Numbered from the stretch's first letter, positions 1-15,600 are shown. The stretch: DNA of 64,000 nt from Phoronis australis (GCA_002633005.1 NMRA01000413.1:282782-346781); one strand, 5' to 3'. Translations and numbers: made by a program. The notes: generated from the sequence alone by a model not told the origin.

Positions 1-217
1 GAAGACTAACTTTACGTGACGTCAGAATTTGGCATAATAGTGGAGTATTGACTGGAGGATACATTGTGAAGTCCAGTCATCGGCTGTGCCACGCACTCGC
101 ACACTAGGAGAGTGACGCAGGATATTATTTTGAATTAAAAAGAGATCATCCGTTCCACAATGGAAGCAAACAGAGGAGAAAATAGAGGTTTTCAAAACTA
201 GACTGGAAAACAGATAC

Positions 218-644
218 ATGAAAACCATGAATAAAGTTGGTCTGCTTCTAATAGGAGTGCTATCGATGCTCTCACAAACACAGGGATTTGTCGAGACTGA
301 AGCCGGGCACACGGTGGAGCTTAAAAGTGGTCGGCTTAAAGGTATGAAGGTTGTACTACCGGACGAGAACCTACCTGCGATTGTCGTCTACAGAGGAATA
401 TCGTACGCGTCGGTACGTGGAGGACAGATGCGGTTTTTTGCCCCTACTAACACAGTGCACAAATGGAACGCTATCAAACTGGCCAAGAACTGGGGCCCGG
501 TGTGTCCACAACGATCGTTGGATACACAAAAACTCTTGAATGAGATGCCCAAAGTTAAGGTGGAACATTTGCAAAGGGTGGAGGAATTCACTAAATATCA
601 GTCGGAGGAGTGTCTGAACCTTAATCTTTACGTGCCACTCCAAG
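218..644 (+). CDS. NLGN: Neuroligin coding exon 1 (signal peptide, start of esterase-like domain)
   Basis: ATG at 218; ends CAAG|gtaagt (phase 1) after LNLYVPLQ. Confidence 0.92.
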
Positions 645-3600
645 GTAAGTCGTTTTAGTGGCTCCTGCCTTAATGATGGTCATTTTCTGTCTAAAGCGCA
701 GAAGCAATCATCCAATTCTCTTCTTGTCGGTATGTTGAAATGATAGGTTCGTGCAATCCTAATTCCCTTGCTGTCATAATTCTGCACATTTTGATTAAAA
801 TTGTTATTGGGTTTAGAATAGTGCCGGTTATACTACTTTCATTGACCGATGGTTACATCATGGCCAGCCTTAGACTATAATAATCATCAGCAGCTACAAG
901 GCAGGACGTGCCCGGAGTGTCCATAGCAAGCAAGTGCTCCAACAAACTGCTTTTCATAGAATAACACGAATTGAAAACAGAATTCATATGCCAACGCAAT
1001 TTGTTTTTATGACTTTGGGATCATGGCGCTACGCATGTATACACCTAGACCAATAGGTTACACAGAATTCAACGAGCTCTTGTTTGTAAAGAAATTTTGG
1101 ATTAATTGATGTGTTTACCCACATTTTCCAACACTATGGAAATCTGGTTTTCTTAACAAAATCTGAACTGTGTGAGAATGTACTTCGGGAATAGTTGACT
1201 TTTGGGAATGGGTGTGAATGTGTTAATAGGAGGGCCGAGATGGGATGAAAGAGTGGGTGAAATTTGTCTTAACGACCCTTCATTTGTCTTGATTCAGAAT
1301 GGCCTGAATGAGGTCTTCCCTGCTACTTGGCTCCCACTCTTGTTTGGTTACAGAGAACGCGCTGAAATTTTACCCGGCATAAGAGATCAGAGATTTTTAT
1401 TTACGTCTGATACCACGTATTCGTAAATAAGTAATCGTGATGAACCTTGCAAACGTTTGACGCTGAATAATTGATGCTTCTCTGCCGTAGGATAGTTTAT
1501 AAATCATTATTATGGAAAACAAACTACATTGTATATTTTACTAGACAATGGCTGCACTGAGTTAATTTATTTAACTGTAGTATTCACACCAGACTTCCGG
1601 CAAATATTTAATTTAAAAAAATGGTTCTAAATTTGATTCCCTGATTTCGTAATACATGTATGAAATCAAATGTCGAATATTTCCTAAATTGAAATATTTT
1701 CAGCCTGGCTGGGGACGACAAAGAAGCTCTAAATGTGAAAAAACACCTGTGTTAAAAGTGTATCGCTATCGTTTTTTTACTGCAAACAACATTCTGCCGT
1801 TCAACAATCAGCTACCTTAAGTCGAGGTTGTTTTTCCAACCACTGGCAACGTTGATTTATATGTACAAGAAACACCTGAAAAGGTATTCTCGCAAAAAGT
1901 TCCAAAAATAGAAAACCCCAGTTATCAAATCAGTCGATCTGAATCCCATGTTGAACGCTGGTAAATGGTGACCTGCGACTATCCGGAGAGTCACACATTC
2001 TAAAGCGGAAAAGTCCTGGGGTAGACCGCTATTTTGCACCTGTGCCGTGGGCTGCTAAAACACTTGAATTCCCCTTCTACCGAGATGATGCGGAAAGCCA
2101 CGGGTCCTTATGGTAGGGGATCATCTTAAAAAGGTCAGTGTTTTGAAGGAGACTGTTTAGCATGGTGCACCTCTGCTGTAGCCATTGATTGGGACATGGT
2201 GAACCATCCTATCTTTCTTGTGCTTGTGTGAGGTGATGTAAATAGTTATGCTCGACTCTGTATTTAGACTAAACACGATCTGTGCTCCGACAACCCGTCG
2301 TCATCAGTTATTGCAAAACAGGTTTGTTTGAGTAGTCTGTACCTGGGTTTACATAGTTTCGATGAATGTTACACATTTTATTAGTTCATTCATACAAACA
2401 TACATTCTCTCCGGACCGTGTAAATAAAGTTTGAATAGTTCAAATCAATATTGCCACACGTGTGTACAACAACTACTTAATTTATGAGCCACTGCATGCC
2501 AGTGCTATCACACGGCTAGTGGAGAATTCGCGTATCCATGTGACGTTTGCTGGCGTAAATATGTCTTTTCTATAAGTTTAATATCCACAAATATCTCATG
2601 ATCTCCTTCCAAAAATCCCTTTATTCAGATAATACGCGTAAAATATATTCTTTTTCCTCGGCAATGTTCTGAAATATGTTCTTGTATACGGGTGTTTTCT
2701 CAACTGTAAACTTCTCTTTCAAGTTGTCATAATCGTCTCAGTCGGGGCTTATCTAGTTTATAACCACCTCTGCTTTTAAGAGCGTTTTCAGTTGATGGAA
2801 CAAGAAGTGATTGAAGTCTTAAGTCAGATTTTTTTCATTCCCAATTTGCTGTTACTGAACAATGTTTTTGCCATTAAATTATTTGTACATCATGTCGCAG
2901 CAAAAAATTATCAAATATCTGAGTAACTAACAGCTCTTGATATGTGCTGAACGGTTATGTGCTCTAATGAAATCAAACTATTTTCGACATCTTTCTGAGC
3001 ATGAGACAAAATTTATGATTTCTCATGAAACAGACCCCGGAAGCTTACGTGATCACTCTCCGATACAGTATCCGCCTCCAGGAGTCCCTAGGCAGGAGAA
3101 CTTACATCCAGACGGCAGTTGGTTGATGAATTCAACTATGTCATGTTAAATTACCCCACTCCATTAGGCATCAAAAGATCTAAGCAGGCTGATTACGGAT
3201 AACAAGCCCCGGGCTGTTTTTCTTAAAAAGAGTCTGTGAAGCGTCATAACAAGCACGGTTGACAGGGACTGACAAACCCTACAATGGCTAACGCTTAAAT
3301 TTGCAATAAGCTTTATTTCTTGCTGCGATTAAACCGTCAGTCTGATCAAGTTTATATAACAGCCGCACGCAAAAGTCAAAGTATTTATCATAACTTTTCT
3401 CAATTAACCCACGAAGCACACACAAAATGTCTATGTAGTAAACACAGCGACAGGCGAATGTCACGTCTCGGACTACGATACATACAGGTGGAGGAACGTT
3501 AACCTTGCACTAGGTTTCAAAAACGGCTTCGAGCAATAAATTTTATGCAATAGTGATCAAGGAAAACGTTGACACAACACCTTGCGTCAAAGCATAGAAG

Positions 3601-6600
3601 GCTTGTCTTTTTGATGACGTTGTACTCTGGTCTTTGGTACACTTGATAAGCTTCCGGTGCAGACGTCTCCCTGTGACAGACACTGACAATGGAAACTCGC
3701 TCTAAAGCGATGACCAACGCGTTCGCCAGAATTATTCAAGAGAACAAAATGCAGATTCCATCCCGATCAGCAAAACAGCACGGAGTGCATAATTTTCGTA
3801 ATTGTCTAGTCGCATTGTCAAGATTGCAAACAGACCAATCATTGAAATTGCTGTTGGCCAACATTTGCATACGAGCAGGAGGGTTGAAGTTGAAGAATAT
3901 GAACGTAACACTGACTTACATTCATGATTGTAATCATTTTAACCACGATAAAATTTAGTTGGCCGTTATGTCAGTTACATATAGGTCTACTGTCTGTTTT
4001 GTTGAGAAGTTGTCTTATTCCAACTCGGGTGTTGTTGAGAAGTTGCCAATGTATTCCAACCCGGGTGTATGTTGAGAAGTTGTTGTATATTTCAAGTCGG
4101 GTGTTTCTTGAGAAAGGTAACTCACTTCGGCAACCGTGAAGAGAAACTGACAGGGACATTCATGACGTCTCACATTCAGGCAGAAACAAGTGCAACTGAG
4201 TCCGTACTGACTAACCGTTAACGTCGCAAGCAGATTTAATTGTTGATCTCATAAAACATTCGACATATTTATTGTCGTTAAAGATCTATTTCAGCATTTC
4301 CTTTCTTCATTCGAGGGAAGTACACTCGGCCAGTCACAGCGGAGTCATGCCATAAGGCTTGTTATCCGCGCGTAACGTCACGTGTTTTTCTCAAGCACAC
4401 CACGGCGATATCTCGCAGATTTGCCTGGTCGTGCCAAACTCGTTAAACTCTCGATTTACTGAACGGACGCTTGAGCCCAGGGTCAAATCCCCGAACTTAG
4501 GCTCGACTGAGACTCAAATTCGAAACTTAACCAATCACTGCTGCTTCTCTATTCGAGTACATACACTGTATTTGTAGGTTTACTCGAAGCCATGTAAATC
4601 AATTTTAAAGTCGAGTTTCGTCTACAGAGAATATAGAACGCCGACTCCTGTACTTTGATAGCATCTTAATCAAAAACAAAATTGAAAATTCGGAATTCCT
4701 GGCACCCAGCATCAATATTTGTTTCATGAAAGCAATCAATGGAACGTCAATTGGCTTTTTATTTGACAAATACAGTGCTGGGGGTAGCACTCCGGTCAAG
4801 CATTCTAAGCGAAGGAACTGGTCAGTGAAGTAAAATCTCTCCATTCTTGTTATGTCGAAGTTAATTCTTCTAGTCATAAGAACTTTGAGGGCGCGTTCAC
4901 AATACCGTGAGCCAATCGCATTCTTCGTTGGTTATTGTGATACAACAATTCAGTTTAGTGGGATTTGTTTATTCAAAGAACCAGCGTTGAACCAACACAT
5001 TTTAGTTGAATTCTTGATAACCACCACATCCTATTGTTGCAGTGTTTTTTATAGTCGCAAAAGGACGCACCTGGTAAATAGGAGCATGAATAGAAAAGGA
5101 GAATGAACTTCCGAAGTCTATACATAAACCTTTATGTTCCAAGTTGTCGTACAATTAAATTATATGGTCTTTTGCCAGCAGTGGAAAAGAATCGGTACAG
5201 ACGTGAGTGCAGGATCTTGACCAAATGTGTGCGTGGCTGTAATAAAGAGGTGCAGTGCCCCTGGACCCCCATCAATCCTTGTCTGCCCCTTTGGATCCGT
5301 GTCTATCTAATCACTTTGGTCTTCATTATTTGCGTGAATGGAATGACAAGCACTAGAGCGGTTTAAATTTTTGCAGATTCCCCTTCAAATTTGAACAGTG
5401 TTACTATAAATAGTTCAACTGCAACATTTTTTCAAATACAACTGGTCAGGTGGCGCTTGCTGGCTACATCAGATATTTGTTTTTACGTGTGAAGGACTCA
5501 TTTAGTCAGTTTGAAACGATGTAGAAAACAGTAAGTTTCATGTACTTTATGCAATGCCAGTGGTGGCCTGGGCACAGACCTAACTTTATGGACTGTCAGT
5601 GTTGGCATGGGCACAGACCTATAGTAACTAAAGTGGAAACGAAATGTGCAAAATGGCATTGAATCACAGATAAAGTTGTTAGAAATGAAAACATTATCAG
5701 AAGTGTTACTAATTGATTAACTGAAAAATAATCGATATAAGTAAGGAACCATCATTTTTTTCACGTTAAATCCTTTGACTCATGTTGCACTGAATGACCT
5801 CCACTCTAGTTTTTTGTTGTCAAAGAAGCGATTGTGATTGTAATCAGTTAGCAAATGCCAACAAATGAATCCGTGAATCATTACTTTAGAGTTCCTCGTC
5901 TTATAATACACCAAAGGAGATAGCTTTCGGCCAGTGCACCAGGCGACAATAAGCAAAATAAGTAGGCCTCAATGTAGGTAAAACAACAATTGACTAGGCA
6001 GGACCAGTGGCGCGTTCTCTAGCGAAAGAATCTAAAATAATCGCACGTTGAGGCTATTGAGATCACGCTCGCTCGGTACGTTATTCATCATTTCCACCTA
6101 TGATGTTACCGTATTGTCTATACATGAATAAAGACAGGTGGTGCAACGATTTTCAAGTGCAGTCCATATTTTAGAATACCTTGAAGTCTGTTAAGGCGAT
6201 CCCATTAAGTCTTGAGGCAAAGCAGATATCCACTGGTGTCCTGGTAATCGTCTCAATCGCATCTCCCTTTCATTTTAATCTTTGAGTTTGTACACTTCAA
6301 AATAACAAATAATTCTTTTGTTCACTCTTCAGTTAGCTGATGTTTCACTGTTGTGCTTGAACTGAAATCATATTTGACCTCAAAAGATCCCGTAACTTTA
6401 GGGTCAATTAAACAATCTTGAACTTCACTAAAGAAACGGTTTATTAGTTTTTCAAACAAGACCAAAGCCAGATAGAGCCTGTTATTTTTAGAATATAAAT
6501 AACTAATTTTGTAATAATCGTTTTCACAAACTTAAAGGAGAATATCGTCTTAATCGGTCTCTATCCACATCACCTCGTATACGGTCGATCTTACCTCGCC

Positions 6601-9600
6601 GAGAGGTGTCGCGTTAACGTGTGAGGAAGGTGAGAAAACGACCCAGCGACGTCAGTGGTTCTTTTGCAGAGTGAGTGCCGCTATGGTGTGTTGTATCGCT
6701 CCCGCTTGTGCCAACAATGAACCTGCGAGGAAAGCAGGTATATCGCTTTTTCGATTTCCTCGAGAGCCCGAAATGCTTCGAAAGTGGCTCGCGGCAGTGA
6801 AGAATGGAAAGTACGCCATTAATACCAAGCATGAGGCCGTGAAACATCTCCGTGTCTGTGGTCGGCATTTCGTCGACAGTGATTTAACTGGCGAATGCCG
6901 GCTTAGCAAACAGCTCATGCAAGGGCAGAAAAGGAGACTGATGAGCACTCGTTTAAGTCGGGATTGCAAGTTGCCATGTTGGCTTATTTTTATTGTTCCA
7001 AATGAATTATTCTCACCCTAACCAATGCTTTTATAAAACTGTAACAAAGTGTCAAAGTCTCTCTCATTAGATACTATTTGTAATGCCGTTGGAGTGTTCG
7101 TGAGTGCAATTGTTTTGAGAAGCCAGCACTGTAGATACATCGAGGCCGTGTGAGCGCATGCTAATTCAGTGTTTGCTGACAGAAGGCTGTTGTGAAACAA
7201 TAACTCGATTCTATGTGCTATGGTCACATGTTAGGGGAATCTTTATTAAGATATACATATACAGTAGTCGAATCATTGTTACTGTGCAACTTTTGCCCTA
7301 ATAGTTCTGTGGAAGGGGAACCTGACATCGTGGCCACCGATGAGTAAGAAGATTTGAAGTTTCGCGGCTAATCCAACAAAATAATCCCGTGCACATTATT
7401 TCTTTGGCTCACTAGTATAGTCTTTTCGTGGCTTGAAATTTAGTTTCCAACTTTGGATGGTTTATGTTCGTGATGTCTTCAGTCAGGCCGCGACGGGCGT
7501 GATCGGGTTCCGAGTCACTGGCTGGGATAACAAGCGTTTTTTGTACTTAGAACTGAAAAAATCGCCAGTCTAAAATTACAATACACAGCAATGTTCTCCT
7601 GTCTATATTTCACGGAATAACAATTCGAATTTATCACCGAACTCCCACGGTAAATTAGCCCACCGAACTTTGTAGGCTACAGCACGTTCAAATACATATA
7701 AATCCGTAACAGCGATACAAAACAACACGTTTGTTCAAGAACTCGATGTGTTTGTTAGGCTTACATAGAATTTTGATAATTCATTGTTGTAAAACGATGA
7801 ATTCAAGCGATAAGCTGACACCAGTAAGCGTGTTGTGAACTGGTGAACAGACTGCGTTCGATCCTGTGACGTCATTGGTTAATTTCAACACCTCCATTTG
7901 GCGCCAGTTGTCAGGTAATAGACCTGTACTTGCTGTTATCGAGTGGGGCTATTCAATCTAAATTGATACAAAATAATTTGTTTTTGGTCGCATTCTCCTT
8001 TAACGCTTCCGCTTGCTTGAAGGGGCACTAAACCATTTTTGGTGATTTCAACAAATCCTTGTTATGTATTCTGCTAATGCACCATTGGTGTACCACATTA
8101 ACAAATGATGAAGGCAGTTCAACTAAAATGCTTACTCACTGTGTCACAGAAAGGATGTTACTGCTCTTGGTGTATGTATTTCCCACAGCTGCCATAAAGC
8201 AGAGGACACGCTTATTCAAGGAGTTTTCAAATTTCCTCCAAAATTGTTTTAGAGACATGGTAAGAAAATCGTTGTTAATACCTGTCAATAAGTCAAAACT
8301 GGGAATTCTGTGTTTATTCTGGTATTACAAGTTCACACACGGCATTTCAACTACGCAATAAAAATAAGCCAATTCCATAGAATATTAGCCGTTAATATAT
8401 AACATATTTTTTTCTTATTAGCACGTGCATTTGAGAATCATTGCTGTCAAATGTTCAGCGCATTCAGTCTCTCACTTGGGTGACAAATTAGGTGAACTTC
8501 GCCGAGTCAGTCAATGCTGTGAAAATATAACGCCGAGAAAATGTTCAATCGTTCGCATGGAATTCAAGGAAATAATGGTATGGCCGGTTAAAAATATGTT
8601 ATATGCGACAAATGTTACAAGAATCAGCCAATCAAAAGTGATCAAGAGGATTATTGGCCTCAAAAAAGGAGGTCGTTTTGTGATTCAAACACGAGTGCAG
8701 TGAACGTTACTGTAGAGGTAAAATTTAATATTCGATATATTTGTTTGTACGGTTTTACGCTCGAGAAATATATTTCTAGTTCCTTCTAAAAAAGGTAGGC
8801 TCGAAAACGCCGAGGATCGGATTTTGCTTTTTTACAAGTAGGCCAACGCATTTAATGCATTATGGAAATTGACGAAAATTGTATCGAGTGAGCATGAGTC
8901 GGTGAGATGACGGTTTTACTTTGGCAATATCTAGCGAAGATTGGTCTGATTTCGCAATACTCGCAAGAAACTAGTCTTACATAATCTGTAGACGACACTT
9001 TGATGCAATATTGTGGGAAAACCTGTGGCAAAAGTTTTTCGGGGACTCTGAAAGTTAACAACAAAAACATTTTAAATATGTCTACGAGTTTTGTATGTGG
9101 GGCTATGAAGATGCTGATTTACAGAGGCAAAAGACACAAGGTGCAAAGAACATTGCTACGCTTTAGCACTATTTTGGTGGACGTTTAATCTTCCATACCA
9201 CGTAGTCACCAAATTGTTGGTGAATTTGATTTTTAATGAGCAATTATAAAAGTAATGTCCACGTTGTTACAATTTTCCTACGCAGACATTAGTTCATCAT
9301 CGCACCTTTGCAACAGGCGGAGTCAATCTCTCCAACTACATTTTCTTTGACCGTGCCCGCCTACATTTATTTAATGGTCTATTATTGATCTTATGGACCC
9401 CAAAACAGGACCCTGAAACTAGTAATGATCGCTCAATCGAGTAATCGGATCAATGTGCGTTTACAACCTGATCAAGTAATGGTAAGGGTCGTTGACGGCC
9501 AAGTAATCGAACATAACTTCCAGGATTCGTCGACGCACAAGTTTTTGATCAATACAGCGTCGCTTTGATTGACAGGGTGTTTCTTTTGGTACGTTCACTG

Positions 9601-12600
9601 CTGTTGAAGCAACGATTGGACTTGAAGTTCAGCTGGGATTAGCAGCAACATGGTTAAAGCCACTGCTAAGACACCCTGCAACTTAGTCAATGGAACGCCA
9701 ATGTGTACTTTTGAGAACGAGCTCGTTGCATTCATTCATATGAGTGCCCTGCAGCCGTTATAGTACAATGCCCGCCAGAATCAGGTTCGTCGCTGTGAAA
9801 TGACTGTCGCAATTCCTATTAATATTTTCAAATTCTAGTGGGGAATATAGTTATTTTAAATTCAAAATATGGAAAACACAGTTATTGCACAGCCGTACCA
9901 TCACATATGCGTGATAAGTTAAAATTGAGTCTTTACTGCCTAGGGTGACGTTTTCTATACTGTGGTCGGATTGGAGCTCATAAGGGCTATTTCTGTCTTA
10001 ACAAACCGTTTCATTTGCATTTTGAGCTGTTGAAGCAGTGTTCAATATACATTTGGGTAAGACTTAAGATATGGGTGAAACCGCCACACTGTGCTGTATT
10101 CAGTGACATGTCGGTTGCACTACCGGTTTATTCTAGAATAGTTGTCAGCCTTTTGGGATTGTCTTACACGCTATTTATTTAACTAAGTTAATTTTTGTAG
10201 GTCTGGATAAGATATCGATGCCTTCAATGTGTAGATAACTGATGGTGCTATTTCGAATGCAAATCACTAGACTTGCGAGATCATAAAGTTTATTACTGTA
10301 CATACATAACCCGTTCTCAATAGTATACACGATTTCACTGATGCAAAAGCGAATGTATATTGTGAACTCGCAAACATGTTCATTGAAAACGCACATCCTC
10401 TTTAGTTCGCTCCGAGCGTTAAGCTTTATGACTTCTTAACCAAAGCCATATCTTGGAGAACAACGACAAGTTAAATTGATGCTGAATGAGTGTAGAGAGC
10501 TCGTAAAGAGATTTATTGTAAAATAAACACAGCATGGAATTACACGAGACACTCATCGAAGGTATATGTGAAACGTCACTCTTAGGGTTTCCTTTGTGCA
10601 GAAAGGTTTCTTCTCCTCAGATGTTTGTCTTACTGACAAGCGCGAGGACAAGTTGGACAATTTTTATAGGACCACGTTGTGGCCTAGAACTCGTTCAACG
10701 ATGAGACTGCGCTATCGAATGAAATTAGTTGGAATGGAAACCCCATAAACTTGGGGTGTGGTGTTTAAGTTCCACAACCACATGTTCAGTGTACATGTAT
10801 CATGTTCACCGCAATCTGTGGAGACGGTGTGGCTCAGTCGTTTGCGCTCCGGACTCCCCTTTGGAAGACCCGGGTTCGAATCTTTACTGGCTGGCAATTG
10901 GGCACTGCACAAAAGTGTCTCCTACTCCTTTAGCTCGGTCTTACTACATGTATGTATGCAAGGGAATGAATGAGAACCTGGATGTAATGTGAAAGCGATT
11001 TCTGGGGCTGCTCTAATATTTTTACCAGAATTTGTGTCCCAGTTTAAAAATACAAATGAATTAAAGCAACGATATCGGTAGTAAGAGATTATTACATTAC
11101 AGTTGTGTCGACGAATAAGCTAATCTTGTTTCTGTTTTGTCACAGAAACAATTAAACCTATTATAACTGTTCTTGTAACTCAATGTAACATTACGCTATC
11201 ATGACGTTCTGGGACTGAACATTGCGTAGCACAATTTCGTTTTGATTACCAAGTATGCTTACTCTTATTGGAGGCCAAATCAGAGGACGTGTTTAACATT
11301 ACGTTAATGATCTTGTCAGGGAATCGATGGAGTTAGTCGCCAGGTTGTAGTCCACGGTAATGCTTGCTAAATTAACAAATTGCAAGGGCGTTTTGGAGTG
11401 TCTTCGTTTCTATCAAATACAAGCCTAGACAATTAACACTGTATATCGCACAATCTCATTAGGACGAGAGTCAGTTAAATGCAATCTACAGTATATTGTT
11501 AGGCTTAATCTCATTGGTTTGCTAGTATTGAACAGTGTGACTGAGTAACGACTTGAAGAGACGAAAATGCAGGGAATTTCATGCTCAGTTATATTTCAAT
11601 GTTTTTCTTCCGGCTGACAGCACGTTGTTTCTAGGTTTCATACTCCGAGATGCGTTCCGTGTACTTCGAAATGCATGTAATGTGGCAAATTTATATCTGA
11701 TTTGACATAATATAACTTGGTTTAGAATTCTGAATGCGGAATACTTTTGATTTTTTAAAACTCAAAATGGTTTCAAAACTTATAATAGGATCAAAAGCAC
11801 GTACTGACAAATCAGACTGACAAAGTCGTAACCTCTCCATGCCAATGCGAGACAAGATTCTCTGACTTACACGAAACAAATATTACAGTGTACATCCAAC
11901 TTTCTAATGCTGAGGTAACTTGACCACCAAGCACACATTTAGCGAAAGGTATCCTTTTTTCTTTGTCTTGGAATGACGTCACAGGAGCGTCTATTTATAG
12001 AACAGGTTCCAATCAGCAGTGAAGCAGAGCCATTGAAGTTCATTATTCACCTACAGCTTCTCAAAACATGACATTATGGGTGTTTAAAAAGCTGGAATTA
12101 AGGCTTCGAAGGTTACATGTAGTTTTAAGGTTATGTAGAGCCTTACTGACAAGTCTGTACATTAGCCAAATATCTACCAAACTGTAGAATTAAACTTAGC
12201 AAAACTATGTTTTCTGAAAGCTGAATGCCGACTTTATCCGCCACCAATAAGATTACATGGTCATGCTTTTAGAGTTAAGGTTTATTCATGGAAAAACAAC
12301 AGGATCAATTGCGTGACCAAATTTCGTGTGGTGTAAGACAAAATCTTGAAAATGCTGTTACAGCTCTCTACGTTATACTTTCGTTTTTGTTTTATGCAAC
12401 TTTAAAGTTTTTTTTTACAAAAAAGTCGTATCAGTCCTGTGTTTGATAGTCGCAAGTGCAAAAGCAGAACATTTTAAAAACAATTTTTACCAGCGTTTTG
12501 GAGAACAGTGTGTGGAGATTAATATCTGAAGGTTTCATGCGAATCCGTTCAGCCACTTCTTGTCCGGTAGTGTGTGGCATTGTAGATCTTGAACATGGTA

Positions 12601-15600
12601 TTTAAGTTAAATTATCAGTAAAAATAAAGTCCTTGTTCATGTCACCATAATTCATAGCATGTTCCAAGCTGGTTTGGTCGAAACTCGGTTATAACATAAA
12701 GTAATGAAATGGTTCATACATGGAAAATCAGCTAAATTAACTCGAAAATTGCATATTTGCACATATAGACTGTATATCTGACCTAAAATGCAGGTGAACC
12801 ATCAAAGCTAATTTATTATGCAATTACAGACAGCCTATAGGTTGTTTTCATACTACGTATACAGAACAGGAAAATATCTTTATCATCATATTGATAGATG
12901 TTTGTGTATGGTATCAGACATCTTAAGAAAATTAAACGACACATGTTGTACTTTCACGACTTCGCTGGCAAGGCGCAGGCAATATTTTCTTTGTCAGGAA
13001 AAATAATATTCTTCTTGATGGAGATTTATTCAATAACCCACAAGCTGGTGTTTTATGACATTACTACCACTCGAGTGGTTGATGACGTTGAGGTGAGGAT
13101 GGACTAGGTTGCAATGTTCTTAAAGTGCGGGTGGCTACTTTCTTAAGTGATTGAGATCTATATTTGCATATCACGACTGTAGCTTCTGACCTGAAATGCA
13201 TTTTTCATTACCGTGCTCCAGCTAATAAAACCAGACATTTTGCTTACAGATTGGATACAAAATCCCGGACATGATCACGAATGTCATAGATTATTTAACA
13301 CGACACAGCCTTAGGATTTCGTGCAGTTGTCTTTCCGGCTCTTTGAAGATCGCTATATATCTTTTGAGCTTCTTACTATTGAATTTGTCGAATAAATTCA
13401 TGTATTTAACATGATGTTTAATGTGGTGGTTACATCAAAATATCCGTGACTTTGGTGGCAAATACGTGTGCATGTCAAAGGTGGGAAGTGAAGGGACGTT
13501 ATACTGTTTTGCAGGCGCTTTTGGTTGATTAGGCCTGTCACTTACTACAAAAGATTTTGTAAACATTTTTAATCTATTTGTATAAAAAGGGAAATAATAA
13601 AAAACAAACAAAAAATGTTCAGCAAGTTCAGACAATGGCTGCCAGTGCAAGTATGCTGAGCGCTTTTGCTTATCCCTTCGAATTTCGAATGACTTAGCTC
13701 ACTGAGTAGTCGAGAAGTTCTTCCTATTTTCAAACCCAACCCCGGTACGTATCAAGTTGTCCCGTGATATTCAATCTAATGAAAAGGTGATTCGCCAGGG
13801 ACAGAGTATTTGCGTAGAGCGTCTTGCTCACGGCGTCACGGACCCGAGTTGAATAATTGCTATTTTAATTACTTCAGCTTTTAAAAATGGAATATAAAAG
13901 TTGAAAGAACCCTTCAAAGTTAGCAAAATTTGCTGAAAGTCCCAAAAACGTCGTATTCGGGAACAATGAAAAACGTTTAATTGTTTATGTGCAACTCACG
14001 TATAATGTCTATGAATTTTTGAATTCATTAAAATACTCACTATGTATTGTCGTTTCGTCGTTATCTTTAAAAACGTGTTTTGTCCGAAAACTAATGCTAT
14101 GGAAGAGATAACAATAACGTTGGTGGCTTTGAAATTCTCTTATTACCTTCAAATGAAATACATGTATAACCACTAACAATCTCATCCAGTCGACCTCACT
14201 ACTGTACTTTGTGTGACACTCTCTCCTTAATATTGCATTTCACGAAAGATCGTTACAGGGCTTTTCTCAGAATGTTCAACCGCCATATCATCAAATTGTA
14301 AACCACCAGAGTTGTAAATGACTGGGACGTTACTATTTGTAGACGACAACTTCGTTCACTTTGTCGCACCGCGGTCATATCTGTTGGTACGTCGAACTGG
14401 CACACGCAAAAATGCAATCAGTGTAGTTGTAATTTAATAAACTGTGATTTATCTAGCTACGTGGAGAGAACTGTCTGATTGGCAACACGTACGATGAGTC
14501 AAAATCTTGGTTTCTTAGAACTGTAAGATGTCCAACCAAAATCTGTATGAGTATTATTAGTTCCAAATTATTGGTGAAAATTCTAAAAAACAATATTTGC
14601 TTCATTTAAACGGTGCTTGGCAAATGTTCGAGGAAACGAATCAACGAGATGAACAAGGCATCGTTAGATGCTATTACATTAAGACTCATTTTAATAGAAT
14701 TTGTTTACTTAAAGCATCTGTAAGAGTCACTAGAATCTATACATCTTGAGACATCTATTGCATCAGAACTGACTTAAAGTACAAAAACTCAATTCCTTCT
14801 CCGGTTTGTAGCGTAGTTCCACTTACATTCAGTGAAGAGCCGAGAAGAGGCTAAAGGTATTTTGTGCTTACAGAGAAATGGCGGCATGTGGAATAGAATT
14901 ATCTTATAGGCAAAAGTGTCGGTCATCCTTCAACGGTACATGGTAGAATCAGCAATATGTATAAAATAAAAACCTGGAAAATCAAACTCGTTATTCGGAC
15001 AGTATTACTGTAAAATCAGGGACACCATATTTCGAAAACAAAAATGAGAAAACCCATTTGACCATGCTTACGGGTGCGAAGAATTTAAGGGCCAAAACCA
15101 AAAGGTGAAAAGGCTGCAGAACCGATGGTACAAATGCATGGGGTTATGTTCATTAGCGAGTTAGCCGGTGGCACTCTAATTGATTGAAAGGTAACACAGT
15201 TATTGCATGATCAGTTTGAACGTTATGAACGCGGGCAGAGCAGTTTGTTTGAATTCACAAGGTCAACTTTAAGTCTATTTAGGTCGGTGACAGCAGATTG
15301 AATTTCTCTATGTGTAGTCTTTCTTTTTCGATTGGCACATTGTGTATATGTGCATACAAATGTCTTTAGATTCCACATGTATTACATGGTGTGAAGAAGA
15401 AGTGTCTGCATTATTCACAAGTTATGTCCGTTTTGGCGTCGCTATGTTTTACTTATACCTGAAAATCGTGAAAAGGATATTGGCTGTTTTTGTTGTATTA
15501 TATCTACCACTTCTCCGTTGTGTCATTTTTGAAAGTCGCAACATACACAAATATTTTCTCTTTGACACGCTACCTGCATGGAAATTAGTTTCTGTGTATC

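Noticed and set aside
8189-8259. Exon-like segment in neuroligin intron 1 (tttcccacag|...ATG|gtaaga) as a splice-site-A insert
   Set aside because: 71 nt is not frame-preserving, nor is the 7-nt inner alternative, and there is no homology support.
10820-10895. Functional tRNA gene
   Set aside because: A and B boxes are present but acceptor and anticodon stems do not pair; treated as a SINE head.
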